This document shows, piece after piece, positions 12,341 through 24,506 of a stretch of 64,000 nt of DNA (its first letter is position 1; each line of letters begins with the position of its first letter). Location of the stretch: positions 58,342,001 through 58,406,000 of the forward strand of contig OX597825.1 of assembly GCA_951406725.2 (NCBI GenBank), read 5' to 3'. The notes beneath the pieces were generated by a model that ran no database searches, was not told the DNA's origin, and was given only the letters and a program-made list of their open reading frames with translations. This stretch comes from Octopus vulgaris. Its lineage: Eukaryota. A program made the translations under genes and the position numbers.

Positions 12341-14192
12341 TTTGTCATACTTTAACCCCACATTTAGCATAATGTCACCTCCTTTTCTACTGTAGCCTCA
12401 CTCGATCAGAGGGGATCTTAGTCTTGCACACTGCATAGCAATCTCATTAGTGTTGGGCTGTGAACAAAATCATCCAGTACATGCAGTAAAGCGGTTGGCA
12501 TTAGGAAGGACATCCAGTTGTAAAGACCATGCAAAACAGATGGTGCATCGTGCAGTCCTTGGACTTGTTAGATCCTCTCACTCTGTCTAACGCATGCCAG
12601 CATGGAACATGGATATTATAAATAATATTTTCTTGAAATTATTTACTATTTATAAAATACTTTTTCCTGCAAGAAACATCATTATTTTCTTAGAGGCTCA
12701 TCCTCAGCTTGTTCCATATATCTGTCTTTCTATGAAGGAAGGTTTCTGCAACTTCAACCAGTCTCTAGAGTTGAATTGTTGTTTTTTTTTACTTTATTGT
12801 ACATATTGTTATTGGACTTTTGTAAGCCTAAGAAGGAAGATACAACCACACTGACATAGTCTTGTTTTTGTCTGACGCATGTATATAGGAATGAGAACTA
12901 TTCACAGTAGTTTTAGTATTGTGGACCTGCTTGGCAACATATATGTGAGTTCTGTTTCAAATGTCTGTCAGTAATGAACAACTATTAATAATAGCAAGAA
13001 ATGGTAATGTTTGGTTGTACTGATAGATTTCTATGAGATTTGGTCACCCAATGCTGAAATGCTTGTTACACCAGTTCTTACATGACTTGGCTTCAGAAAT
13101 ATTGTTAGACTCTGTTGGGAATTTGGGGATTCTCATGTTAATACAACTGTTAGAGAATTGTCCATTAGCTTTAGAAATAACCCAGAAACAAGCAGTCACA
13201 TATCTGGCATTGTAATAAAATTTTAACTGTCTAGAAATGATGCATCAGAGCTTTGCATAATGTTTTTAGACACTGTTTATGGTGGCATTTTTATATTGCT
13301 GCTTTAGTCCTTAAGCCAGAGATTTTGATAACAGTCTGTATAATAGACTGACTATGGTTGACTCATTACATAAAAATTCATCTGAGAAAGATATACATGC
13401 CTGTTGTGGATAATCAATTTTTAATGTTTTCCAGAGTTGCCATGGGCTTAAAACATCTGTTGTGTCTAACCTAACCACTTCTCAAGTCATTTCTCCAAAC
13501 ATCATCTTCCATTGTTGCTGTCTAACAGCATGTTACATTTTTACATCCAACAGATATTGCCCACTCCCTTCACATATTCATACCAGTTTGTCTTTATTGA
13601 ATCCATTTACTAAGGCCTTGAAGTTGCAACCATTCTCTCACCTTAATCATGCATGACAACATTGTTGTAGATGTATGATTTAACACCACTGCTTGGCGCT
13701 TGGGTGTCAATAGCTTTACTGCACTGCATCATATTAAACATGCCATTTGTTGTTTTCTTCCTTTGTGCTAATCAGTTTCAGAGGTCCTACAATAATTATC
13801 ACTGCTGCTCTTTCTACTAAGTCATAAAAAAAAAAATGCAAAATGACATCCAATAGATCGCAATTGCTTGATTTCTGTCCAGCTTCTGCTGTAAATCTCC
13901 CACATTCAGTGTCTGTGTCTACCATCCAACACCACAATTCTTATGCTAATTTCCTACTGTCTGTGTTTCACATGAAAAAAACCCCCAAAAACCCAGAATT
14001 CTTCGTTGTTACATGAGCAACAACTTTGAAAATCTTCCAGCCCCTATTTAACTACATTGTAGTTAACACCCTCTCTAGTGTGAATTATATCACCTATGTT
14101 AGATAACCTATCATTTAACGAGCCATTTTACTTGGTCCTCTTATTGATAATGACTATCCTTGTGTATCTATCTCATCTGACGTCTTCTTACA

Positions 14193-14418
14193 TTAACCCT
14201 TTAGCATTTAAACTGGGCATATCCAGCCAAAATATTTTACCTGTTTTATGTTCAGATCTGCTAGATCTGGCCTCTCACACCTGCTCTACAATGTTATTCT
14301 AAAAATAATCAATCGTATCATCAAAATCTCAGAACAACAAGGTAATGTATGATTAATGCAAAACAATGTGAATAAATAAATATTACATTTCAGAGAAATC
14401 AGAAAGCTTAAAGGTTAA
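14193..14418. mobile_element. piggyBac-like MITE (P1), opposite orientation
   Basis: TTAA-CCCTTTAGCATT ... AAAGG-TTAA; reverse complement of the 2744 and 6072 copies. Confidence 0.8.
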
Positions 14419-15119
14419 TAGGTCTACCATTTTACTGGGATTTTGTACTTTATTATTAACTCTTTGCCATGGCAATTATCTTTTAGGCCTTCCTCAGAAG
14501 GAAGGTTGCCTTAGCATCAGAGCAAACAAGTTCAAACAAACTGAATAGAACAAGGAGATAAATAAAGGCTAGAGTTAGCTTGAGTTAGTTAATTGCTAGG
14601 TCAAACAACCAGTCAGTTTGCTTTGCCAGTGACTGGCCATTGTCTCATTTTCGCTGATGGACAAAAGAAATGTTGACATACATAGGCTCTCGGCAATTGA
14701 TTTCTTTTATTGACATCTTATTCTACCATTATTCTTCTATGTGTGTAGTAGAGCAGCTAACATCTGTCAATATCTTATGTCAGAGAAGCAAACTTCTAAG
14801 TAGCATGTACAGGTATATAGATGTATTGATTGTTTGTCGAAATGTAACATGTTGGGAGGTAACCATGTTAGTGACTGTCAATACAGATTAAAGCAGAATG
14901 AGAGGAGATAAACTTTATTGCTGGTTCATCTTAAATGTACTTTGTGGAGAAGTTTTATTCAGGTCAACCCTGATGAGATTACATTATATAATGTGTCCTT
15001 CCATTTTTTAAGATAAAGATTGAAGTTTATCTGCTATTTCTAGTAGATCAAGCACCCATTTGTTCCCCTCACCAGTTCCTGGTGAGGTAGTTTTTGTTGG
15101 TAGCTCTGTCAATATTTAC

Positions 15120-15370
15120 CAGTGGTTCTCAACAAGGATTCGTATGGCCCTTGGAGGTTCACCTAAGATTTTGCTGTTAATATTTATGTGCAATAAACTG
15201 GCTGTACCTCTGCAATACACAAAATATTAAATTTTTTTATACAATTCCAAATAATATTTAAGTACAAAACTATAATGGGACTTTTTAAAACATTGAATGT
15301 TGATTAGGATCCAATAGAGTGAAATAGGAATGAAAGGAGTCCACAGGTAAAAAATGGTTGAGGACTACTT
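15120..15370. mobile_element. hAT(Charlie)-like MITE
   Basis: CAGTGGTTCTCAAC left end and GTTGAGGACTACT right end form imperfect TIRs; the 8-bp TSD is degraded. Confidence 0.6.
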
Positions 15371-15412
15371 ATACTAAATAGAGATTTGAGAAACTTATTT
15401 GTTTACAAGTAC

Positions 15413-15736
15413 CATCATCATCATTTAACGTCCGTTTTCCATGCTAGCATGGGTTGGACGGTTCGACCGGGGTCTGGGAAGCCAGGAGGCTGCACCAGGC
15501 TGCAGTCTGATCTGGCAGTGTTTCTACAGCTGGATGCCCTTCCTAACGCCAACCACTCTGAGTGTAGTGGGTGCGTTTTACGTGCCACCGGCACAGGTGC
15601 CAGGGGAGGCTGGCAACGGCCACGATCGGTTGGTGCTTTTTACGTACCACTAGCACGGAAGCCAGTCAAGGTGGTGCTGGCATTGACCACGTATGGTTGG
15701 TGCTTTTTACGTGCCAGGGGAGGCTGGCAATGGCCG
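15413..15736 (-). mobile_element. Young RTE-tail retroposon
   Basis: Closely similar to 37935-38241; (CAT)n tail on the + strand; internal repeats of GGTGCTTTTTACGTGCCA. Confidence 0.8.
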
Positions 15737-16351
15737 TAGAGAGTTAATTCTGATAATATGTATATCAACAAGTGCTAAGTAGAAAGGATAAATATGTTAT
15801 AAAATAGCTCAAAACACATTACATTCAAGATCTGTTCTGGTGAAAAATCCTCTGGAGGCATTCATCTTAACCTTGCTGGCTAATGAATTGTTAATTTTTC
15901 TGTAGGTGTTCCTGTGTACAGTGGTGAATTAATTATATTCTCTTGCAGTATGTGGGGTAGTTGAGAGCCAAGTGGGCTATCCATTGTTACAGTGTAGCGT
16001 TGGTGAGAGTATATAAATTGCTAACTCTTTTACTAATCATCTACCTCTGTATCAGAGTGTCTGACACACATATGATGATTAAAAAAATTAGGATATATAC
16101 ATTTTACTTGTTTAACCATATAGTGGCAACTGTGGTAATTAAAATAACAACAATGGACATTACAATTCATGAGACTCAATTGTTGTTCAGTTATCTAACT
16201 ATAAATCTTGGTTTCTATGAGCTGCTATGAATCACAGTGGCTTCATTTATGTTAATTTATGCAAATTTGAATATTTAGGATTGTTGAAGGAAATGATTTT
16301 TTTTCCACGGATGAGTTTTAGTAATGACTGTTTGATAGTGACGTCAGAATG

Positions 16352-16545
16352 AGTCAATTAGCAGAAGTAGTAAAAATATGTGCCTACTCTAGATTATCTC
16401 AAGATAAGGACTTAGACCAGATTATTAGCACATAAATAAAATAGCTCCAGTCAATTAACTGAAACAGTAGAACTATATGCCTTCTATAGATTATCTCAAG
16501 TTAAGAACTTAGACCAGGTGGTTAACAAGTAAATATTACAGCCCC
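16352..16545. repeat. Two diverged tandem copies of an about 97-bp unit
   Basis: AGTCAATTA at 16352 and 16449; shared TAGATTATCTCAAG and ACTTAGACCAG. Confidence 0.75.
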
Positions 16546-16746
16546 TTAATTTCCTAATTATTGTACAATCCTTTGGCAATTAAGGTTATTTCCTAATGTA
16601 ATTAGGTGATGCAAAAATTTTTGAGCAAATCCTTTAGTCATTTCACTATAAAAAGATTTTCATCAACAGTGATGGAATTCTATGGCAACAGTTGAATGCC
16701 ACATACCACTATGCCATTTTTATGGCAATATTAGAATACCATAAGG

Positions 16747-17280
16747 CAGGGGTCTGCAACCACCAGGCTGTCGATTGCTCTGGTACCAGGCCACACAGAA
16801 CACAAGTTCAAGTTTTATTTGTATTTTATTGACTATTGCAGTCTGTAGGGCTTTTTTTGCATTATATTTATGTATTCTATTGAAGGACCTGTTCTCAGCA
16901 GAAGTGGTAAGGTTGCTCACACTGACGAAGGGGATTGACCTACAAGTGTTCTGTGATGGTGCCACATAAAAAGCACTTGCGCTGGTGTTACGTCAGTGCA
17001 CTCGTACAGGTGCCATGTTAAAAGTACCCAGCAGACAGTGCAATGTGGTTGGCGTTAGGGAGGGCATCAAACTATAGAAAACAAGCCAAATAAGACTGAG
17101 CTCTGGTCAAACCGTCTAACCCATGCCAGCATGGAAAAATGTTAAACAATGATGACGTAATAATTAAATTATATACTATGTACTTTATTTTGTTTTGCTA
17201 TATGCATGATTCCCTGGTGCATGGAAGAATTGTCTTGCACGAAACCCACCTGTGGTGCAAAAGGGGTTGGGGTACCAGTG
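16747..17280. mobile_element. hAT(Charlie)-like MITE with nested RTE tail (about 16960-17155)
   Basis: CAGGGGTCTGCAACC left end and GGTTGGGGTACCAGTG right end. Confidence 0.5.
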
Positions 17281-19500
17281 TGGACTTATTTAATGAAAGT
17301 ATGAACTATACTTGTAAATGTTACACACACAATACACTATAGGAACTTGTTTGGCTTTGCAGCTTTGAAATATAAACTAGATTTTATGGTCTGAATGGGG
17401 ACAATTATTCACCCACTCGCACGCACGCCATTCGTAATGAAGGCCAAAGCAAATGGATAAAAGTGTCAATATACATTATATAAACTTTGTTTAAAAAGAA
17501 AGAAGGAAAATGTGAGGTGTTAGCGATGTTTATGTGAAGAAATGTATGGGAAATACTTATGTGCTTTTAATATATACAGCCTTATTGAATTAAAGTCCTT
17601 AGAGTAAGGACGGCGATAGAAATTGTTCGTATTACATTTAATGAAAGAGACTACGAAAATATAAGGCGAAGACGGGATTTGGTAATTTTTGAGTCCCTTA
17701 GAATGTAAGGGAGATAACTCTTGATATATTTCGATATTGAACTTCAAAGTAGACACTTCATACTTGCTTTAGTGGTGAGGAGAATAAGTGTGTGTATGCA
17801 GGGTGCTTAGAAAGCGGTAATAATTAGAAAATAATTTACATTCAGAAAGAAATTACGCAGAAAGACGAAGGCGTGGCTGTGTGGTTAATAAGCTTGCTTC
17901 CCAACCATGTGGTCTTGGGTTCAGTCCAACTGCGTGGCACCGTGGGCAAGTGACTTCTACTATAGTCCCAGGCCAACCAGAAGCCTGTCGTGTGTGTGAA
18001 TATGCGCTCGCCATCACCGCTTGACAATCGCTGTTGGTTTGCTTACGTTCCCGTAACTTAGCGGTGCAGCAAATGAGACAGACAGAATTACTAGGGTCGA
18101 TTTGTTCGATTAAATCCTTTAAGATAGTGCCCCAGCATGGCCGTATCCAGTGAGTGAATCAAGTAAAAGATAAAAAGTAAATGACTTTTTACCTGCAGAG
18201 ATCATTTTCATCTATTTAATTTTAGTTAGGTGAGAAGAGGTTGTGCCCCTGACTCGTTATAGGGCCTAAGAAACAGGTGGGTGGGAGGGAGGTCCTCTTA
18301 AACTAGAAATCTGGCTTACAACTTCTGATAAAGAGATCCGAGGTGACAGGTGCTGGTCTTAAACTGTACGATGTATTATAAAGTTAGCTACCTAAATAGA
18401 GCATGATGGGATTTGAACTCAGAACCCCAAAGAGCCGTGACAAATACTACAAGGCAAATATACGGTCCGATGTTAATACAGTTCCACCAATCCACCGCCT
18501 CGGATTGGTACTTGGTTTTACATCGCCCCTGAAAGGTTGAAAGGCAAAATTGAACGCTGAGCTTAGAGAGTCGTAACAAATAACGCGGAGCATTCTGACT
18601 GTAAAGGGTCTGTCATTTTGCTAACTAAAAAAACTAACACGAGAAATTATACAGTAAGATTATTCTACCTCCAACCCAAGTTTGAATTTTTGTCACTATT
18701 GACAATGTTAAATGTAATTAACTTAAATCTTTTAGTGAAGTTATAAGATAATTATTTCTTCAAATATTACAACATTTAGGGTAAAACTTGTGTGCTACGG
18801 ATACTACTGTACTTCGTCTTCGAATGTAAGAATCGATGTCTCATCAGAATGTGAAGTCTTGTGCTGCTGTAGGTAGCAATTATTTATTTAGTCAGAAGTG
18901 AAGGGAGCAGTTCTTATGGTGTTTTAGAAGCCGTCCTGAATTAATTGAGAGTAATGCTATTGATGTTTTAATTTGAATTCTTGTCGGGAAAACGGGAAAA
19001 GGGAATGGGGCTACCTATGGAGTTGTTCTGAGTAGGACTGAGTGAGCGAAGTGTTTAATATAGAGTTTAGGAATGTAAGACTAAAGAAATGACCGAAGAT
19101 GTATGTGGTGGGTATAACAAGTGTTTTCGACATGCATGTTCCTGAAAGATGTGACGTGTTTAGATTAAGACGAATAACTTCATTAAAAGCATTATTGTAA
19201 AGAAACTGACTGAATTACTTCCCTTGTCAAATTATCTCCTTTGAATTATAAAGCAAGTTTTAATATTCTTTTCTATTCTAGGCACAAGGCCCGAAATTTT
19301 TGGGGGAGTGGGGCCAGTCAATTAGATCGACTCCAGTGGGCAACTGGTACTAAATTTATCGGCCCCGAAAGGGGATAAAAGGCAAAGTCGACCTCAGCGG
19401 AATTTGAACGCAGAACATAAAGAGAAGTTTTGATATTGTTTCGTCTTGAGAAACTAATCCATTTTTGTTAGCATATACGGCTTTTAATTTTAAGCAATTT

Positions 19501-20110
19501 TAAGGCGCCAAGCTCGCAGAATCGTTAGCACGTTGCGCGAAGTCCTTAGCGGAATTTCTTCCATCTCTGCGTTCTGAGTTCAAATTCCGCCAATGGCGAT
19601 TTTGCTTTTCATCCCTTCGGAGTCGATAAAATAAAAAAACGAATCAAGTACTAGAGTCTATATAATCGTATTTTAAGTAATTTTAAGGCAGCGAGCTCGC
19701 AGAACAGTTCGTACGCCGGGAAAAATGCTTAGCGGCATTTCGTGCATGTCTTTGCGTTCCGAGTTCAAATTTCGCCGAGATCGACTTTGCCTTTCGTCCA
19801 TAAAATAAGTACCAGTAAAGCACTGGGATTAATGTAATCGACTCCCCTCCCCTCTGGAATAGCTGGCTTTGTGCCAAAATTTGAAATCAAGTTTTTTAAG
19901 TAATTTTTAAGGCGGTGAGCTGTCAGAATCGTTAGCACGCAAGGCAAAATGCTTAGCGGCATTTCTTCCGTCTCTTTCCGTTCTGAGTTCAAATTCCACT
20001 GAGGTCGACTTTGCTTTTCATCCCTTCAGAGTCGATAAAATAAAGTACGAATCGGGGTACTAGAGTCTATATAACTGACTTACCCCATCCCCTATAACTA
20101 CTGGCTTGAG
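19501..20110 (+). mobile_element. Three head-to-tail S2 SINE copies
   Basis: AAGGC heads at about 19502, 19685 and 19909, each preceded by TTTTAAG(C/T)AATTTT. Confidence 0.85.
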
Positions 20111-20643
20111 CTAATATTCTAAGCAATTTATTTTTTAATAGTGAATATTTTGGGATCTCGTTTCATGTATGTCGCTTTAAATCTAACACCATATTTCAAC
20201 CACTTTCATAAAAAAAAAAGACACAAATTTAAAGATAGCAAATATATTATCAATTGATTGTTCCGATCTTAAAAGGTTAAAACAGTTGATGTTAGTGAGC
20301 ATATTAGTCGTTATATTGTGCATCGAAAAATATTTTCCTCTCAATCAACGCGATCTATCTTCACAAAAAACTAGTGAAATCATAAACCAAAAAAATATTT
20401 AAAAAAAAGGAAAAACACCTTCTAGGTAGTAGTTCAACCTGCTAATAATGGCTGCCAAATCTCTCCAGACCACATCCTACTGTTTTAAATAAAGGATACA
20501 TTCAATAATGTTGTAATAAGCAAATAAGATATAGTGACGACCAAGTTACTTTTGATCAAAGGTTGACCGGATATTAATAGAAAAATTAGTCTAAATAACA
20601 GTTTATATATTATCGCCAAGTATGGGAGACAACTACATGTATA

Positions 20644-20863
20644 CTCTTTTACTCTTTTACTTGTTTCAGTCATTTGACTGTGGTCATGCTGGAGCACCGC
20701 CTTTAGTCGAGCAAATCGACCCCAGGACTTATTCTTTGTAAGAATAGTACTTATTCTATCGGTCTCTTTAACCGAACAGCTAAGTTACGGGGACGTAAAC
20801 ACACCAGCATCGGTTGTCAAGCGACGTTGTGGGGACAAACACAGACACACAAACATACACACA

Positions 20864-20895
<32 letters not shown>

Positions 20896-21058
20896 CGACG
20901 GGCTTCTTTCAGTTTCCGTTTACGAAATCCACTCACAAGGCTTTGGTCGGCCCGAGGCTATAGTAGAAGACACTTGTCCAAGGTGCCACGCAGTGGGACT
21001 GAACCCGGAACCATGTGGTTGGTAAGCAAGCTATTTACCACACAGCCACTCCTACGCC
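20644..21058 (-). mobile_element. SINE S1, full length
   Basis: Reverse complement of 7389-7846. Confidence 0.9.
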
Positions 21059-21371
21059 TGTATGTTTTTCTTTTCATTTTCTTTTTTTTTTGTAGATATT
21101 TCGATACTCGTTACTGCTGTTATTGTTTAGTCTCAAGTCAGCATTAATGAAACTGATTTATGATTAAAGCATAGGTTCTTAAAGAGGGCGCTACCGCCCC
21201 GCGGTAGGCGTTGAGACGGTCTAGGTGGGCGATGATGCCTAAGGGGGCAGTCGGAGTGGGGCGGTAGAGAAAAAGTAGACGTTGAGAGGAAAGCAGTGGA
21301 TTGGGGAACGCTATGAATTCATTATAATATTATTATAGTATTGCATACAAATTATATAGTATTATATTAAA

Positions 21372-21878
21372 CTAGCAGTATCTCCCGGCGTTGCTCGGGT
21401 TTGTAAGGGAAATAACTATATAAGCATTTTTAGAGAGTTACTTCCCTTATAGATGCCAATTCGGGCTTTCTTAGCCATTTCTGTTTTGGTGTCTCCAAGC
21501 CATGAAGTCGTTGTTCTAAAAGAACGCTGGTCTCCTTGACAACGCTTTACGACGTTGATTTCCTTACACTCCCTTCCCCACAGCTTCACGAGGGAGGGAA
21601 GAAGGGGAGAAGCAAACAGGTGCAGGTGTGACCATGGACGCCAACTCCGCCGCCATCGACACACGAAAAAGTATGCATTAAAATGGAATAAAAAATGATG
21701 TTAAATTATTTTTAAAATCGTAGACTCATCGTAGACGCGCGCTAAAACTCAGACGGGCTCGATATGAATCACGACTATAAGATACCCGAATTTGGTTAAA
21801 CTGCACCGCAAAATGTGGGAGTAGTTAGGAATCTAAATCGTAGGAGACAGACACTCACACAACTACAGTTTTATATAT

Positions 21879-21880
<2 letters not shown>
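21372..21880 (-). mobile_element. Non-autonomous Helitron (H1, longer variant)
   Basis: CTAG end at 21372-21375 with the CCCG/CGGG hairpin; 5' end buried in (TA)n; shares both ends with 2427-2709 and carries about 210 bp extra. Confidence 0.85.
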
Positions 21881-21944
<64 letters not shown>

Positions 21945-22072
21945 CCATAAAACGGTAAAAGATAAAAAATGATGTTAAATTAAAAACGTAAATCGTAGAC
22001 GCGCGCTAAAACCAGATAACCGAAGAGATGGTGTAAACTGTGGATTTCCACTAAATCGGCATCTGAAACTCA

Positions 22073-22113
<41 letters not shown>

Positions 22114-22178
22114 TGACTATCGAGTAATGATTTAACTGAAACTCAGAGTTTTATCTTGACTATCGAGTAATGTATATT

Positions 22179-22237
<59 letters not shown>

Positions 22238-22499
22238 AAAATCGAACACACATACACAAGATGTTTGTGTTGTTAGTTCATGGGTCGGTTGCGGTTTTTA
22301 GGCGTAAGAGAATATATTCTCTTTGTGTCTGGTGTAAAAAAAAAAAAATAGGGGGACATGAAAGTAAGACATAGTCAAGCGAGACAACTCACATATGCCC
22401 CTTCTTCACTGACACTCTACCTCCATCAGTGTAAACTTTTACTCAGATTTTCAGAGAAATATCGCAGCGATCCACCTTCAATGGTTTCAGATGATCAAT

Positions 22500-22585
22500 G
22501 TCACAGCATTGATAAGTCACAGCATTGATAAGTTACAGCACTGATAAGTCACAGCTTTGATAAATCAAAGCATTGATAAATCACA
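22500..22585. repeat. 16-bp minisatellite (GTCACAGCATTGATAA) x about 5
   Basis: Directly visible tandem units that degrade rightwards. Confidence 0.85.
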
Positions 22586-22736
22586 ATAACCAAACATCGA
22601 TGTCTGTCGCTCCGAAAAGGGACCTATGTGAGTTGTCTCGCTTGACTAAGACACATTCAGGCGATTTTTTTTTTTACACCAAGCGCAAAGTAATTATATT
22701 TTCTTACGCCGAAAAACTGCAGCTGACACACATAAC

Positions 22737-22807
<71 letters not shown>

Positions 22808-22969
22808 TGTATGTGTGTGTGTTCGATTTCGTTTATATACCTAGGGCTGCTTCTAATTCATATTTGCGTATGTGCTATAATTGGTCATCCGTTAGGTTCC
22901 AAGTTCACAGCTGAAGCTGGAACTAAGGATCCGTAGTAGGCTTCCAAAATGCCCCCCACACACATATAT

Positions 22970-23095
22970 AGGAGTGTCTGTGTGGTAAGTAGCTTGCTTA
23001 CGAACCACGTAGTTCCGGGTTCAGTCCCACTGTGTGGCACCTTGGGCAAGTGTCTTCTACTGGATTTGGTAGACGGAAACTGAAAGAACCCCGTC

Positions 23096-23151
<56 letters not shown>

Positions 23152-23626
23152 ATATATTTGTGTGTCTGTGTTTGTCCCCCGCCCAACATCACTTGACAAC
23201 CGATGCTGGTGTGTTTACGTCCGCGTAACTTGGCGGTTCGGCAAAAGTGACCGATAGAATAAATACTCGGCTTACAAAGAATAAGTCCTGGGGTCCATTT
23301 GCTCGACTAAAGGCGGTGCTCCAGCATTGCCACAATTAAATGACTGAAACAAGTAAAAGAGTATATATATATATATATATAAATAAAAGAGTATATATAT
23401 ATATATATAAATATACATATATCTTTTATTTTCATTTTACTTGTTTTAGTTATTAGACTGCGGCCATGCTGGTGTACTGCTTTTAAGATTGTTAGTCAAA
23501 TGTATTGACTTCAGTACACACTTCTTTAAAGCCTGGTACTTATATCGGTCTCTTTTGCCGAATCCCCAAGTTACGAGGACACAAACATTCCTACACTAGT
23601 TGTCAAGCAGTGGTGGGGGAAGGGGG

Positions 23627-23674
<48 letters not shown>

Positions 23675-23835
23675 ATACACATATACGACGAGTTTCTCTT
23701 CAGTTTCCACTTACCAAATCCACTCAAGGCTTTTGTCAACCTGAAGCTGTTGTAGTCGACACTTGCCCAAGTTGCCGCACAGTAGGACTGAACCTAGAAC
23801 CATGTGGTTGAGAAGCAAGCTTCTTACCACAAAGC
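22970..23835. mobile_element. Tail-to-tail pair of S1 SINEs (+ 22970-23363, - about 23420-23835)
   Basis: Both match family S1 in opposite orientation, about 60 bp apart. Confidence 0.8.
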
Positions 23836-23960
23836 CATTCTGAGAGAGAGAGAGAGAGAGAGAGAGAGCTACATTATATAATATTCTTTCTCTTTCAAGA
23901 TGATGTAAGGGAGATTTGGCAACTATTTCTAATAGGTCATTCGACAACATAGAGCAGGAT

Positions 23961-24129
23961 AAGTTCTATATTTAAGAGATGAGGAATTACGTACATTATT
24001 TACATTCAACGAATATTTGTCCTCATCTTGTTTGTTGTTAACACAACGTTTCGGCTGATATACCCTCCAGCCTTCAGGTGTCCTGGGGAAATTTCGAACC
24101 TGGGTTCTCAGTCCTAAGGTATTTTTCGA

Positions 24130-24191
<62 letters not shown>

Positions 24192-24314
24192 TCACTCCCT
24201 GGAATCGAACTTGGAATCTTGGGGTTAAGAGCGCGGGCTACTAACCCCAAGATTCCAAGTTCGATTCCAGGCAGTGACCTGAATAATAATAATAGTAGTA
24301 GTAGTAGTAGTAGC

Positions 24315-24363
<49 letters not shown>

Positions 24364-24506
24364 ACATCGAAAAATACCTTAGGAATGAGAACTCAGGTTC
24401 GAAATTTCTCCAAGACACCTGATGAAGGCTGGAGGATATATCAGCCGAATCGTTGTGTTAACAACAAACAAGATGAGGACAAATATCCGTCAAATGTAAA
24501 TAATTT
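23961..24506. mobile_element. Fold-back (inverted dimer) retroposon with tRNA-like head and PLE-type hammerhead tail
   Basis: Arms about 23992-24227 and 24242-24506 are reverse complements around a 14-nt spacer. TSD ATAGAGCAGGAT at 23949-23960 and 24507-24518. B-box GTTCGATTCC at 24259-24268. CTGATGA..GAA core at 24419-24449. Confidence 0.85.
24414..24459 (+). ncRNA. Minimal type I hammerhead-like motif (GAAA mutated to GAAT); mirror copy at 24040-24082 (-) lacks 3 nt of CUGAUGA
   Basis: GACAC-CTGATGA-A-GGCTG(loop)CAGCC-GAA[T/A]-C-GTT-GTGTT: stem I GACAC/GUGUU, stem II GGCUG/CAGCC, loopless palindromic stem III as in PLE minimal hammerheads. Confidence 0.65.

Noticed and set aside
13033-14302. 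Short ORFs downstream of SERF as additional exons or a second gene
   Set aside because: No recognisable domain and no convincing splice-site pairs.
22500-22585. CRISPR-like appearance of short repeats (also 42160-42266 and the internal repeats at 15570-15720)
   Set aside because: The units are adjacent or lie inside a retroposon, there are no unique equal-length spacers or cas genes, and the context is eukaryotic.
24223-24280. Possible tRNA gene
   Set aside because: It lacks the 5' acceptor strand and a full D-arm and is the truncated head of a repeat; the SINE heads elsewhere are likewise not tRNA genes.
24074-24422. Mirror-image 114-aa ORFs on both strands with poly-L/N/S
   Set aside because: By-product of the inverted repeat and trinucleotide tracts.
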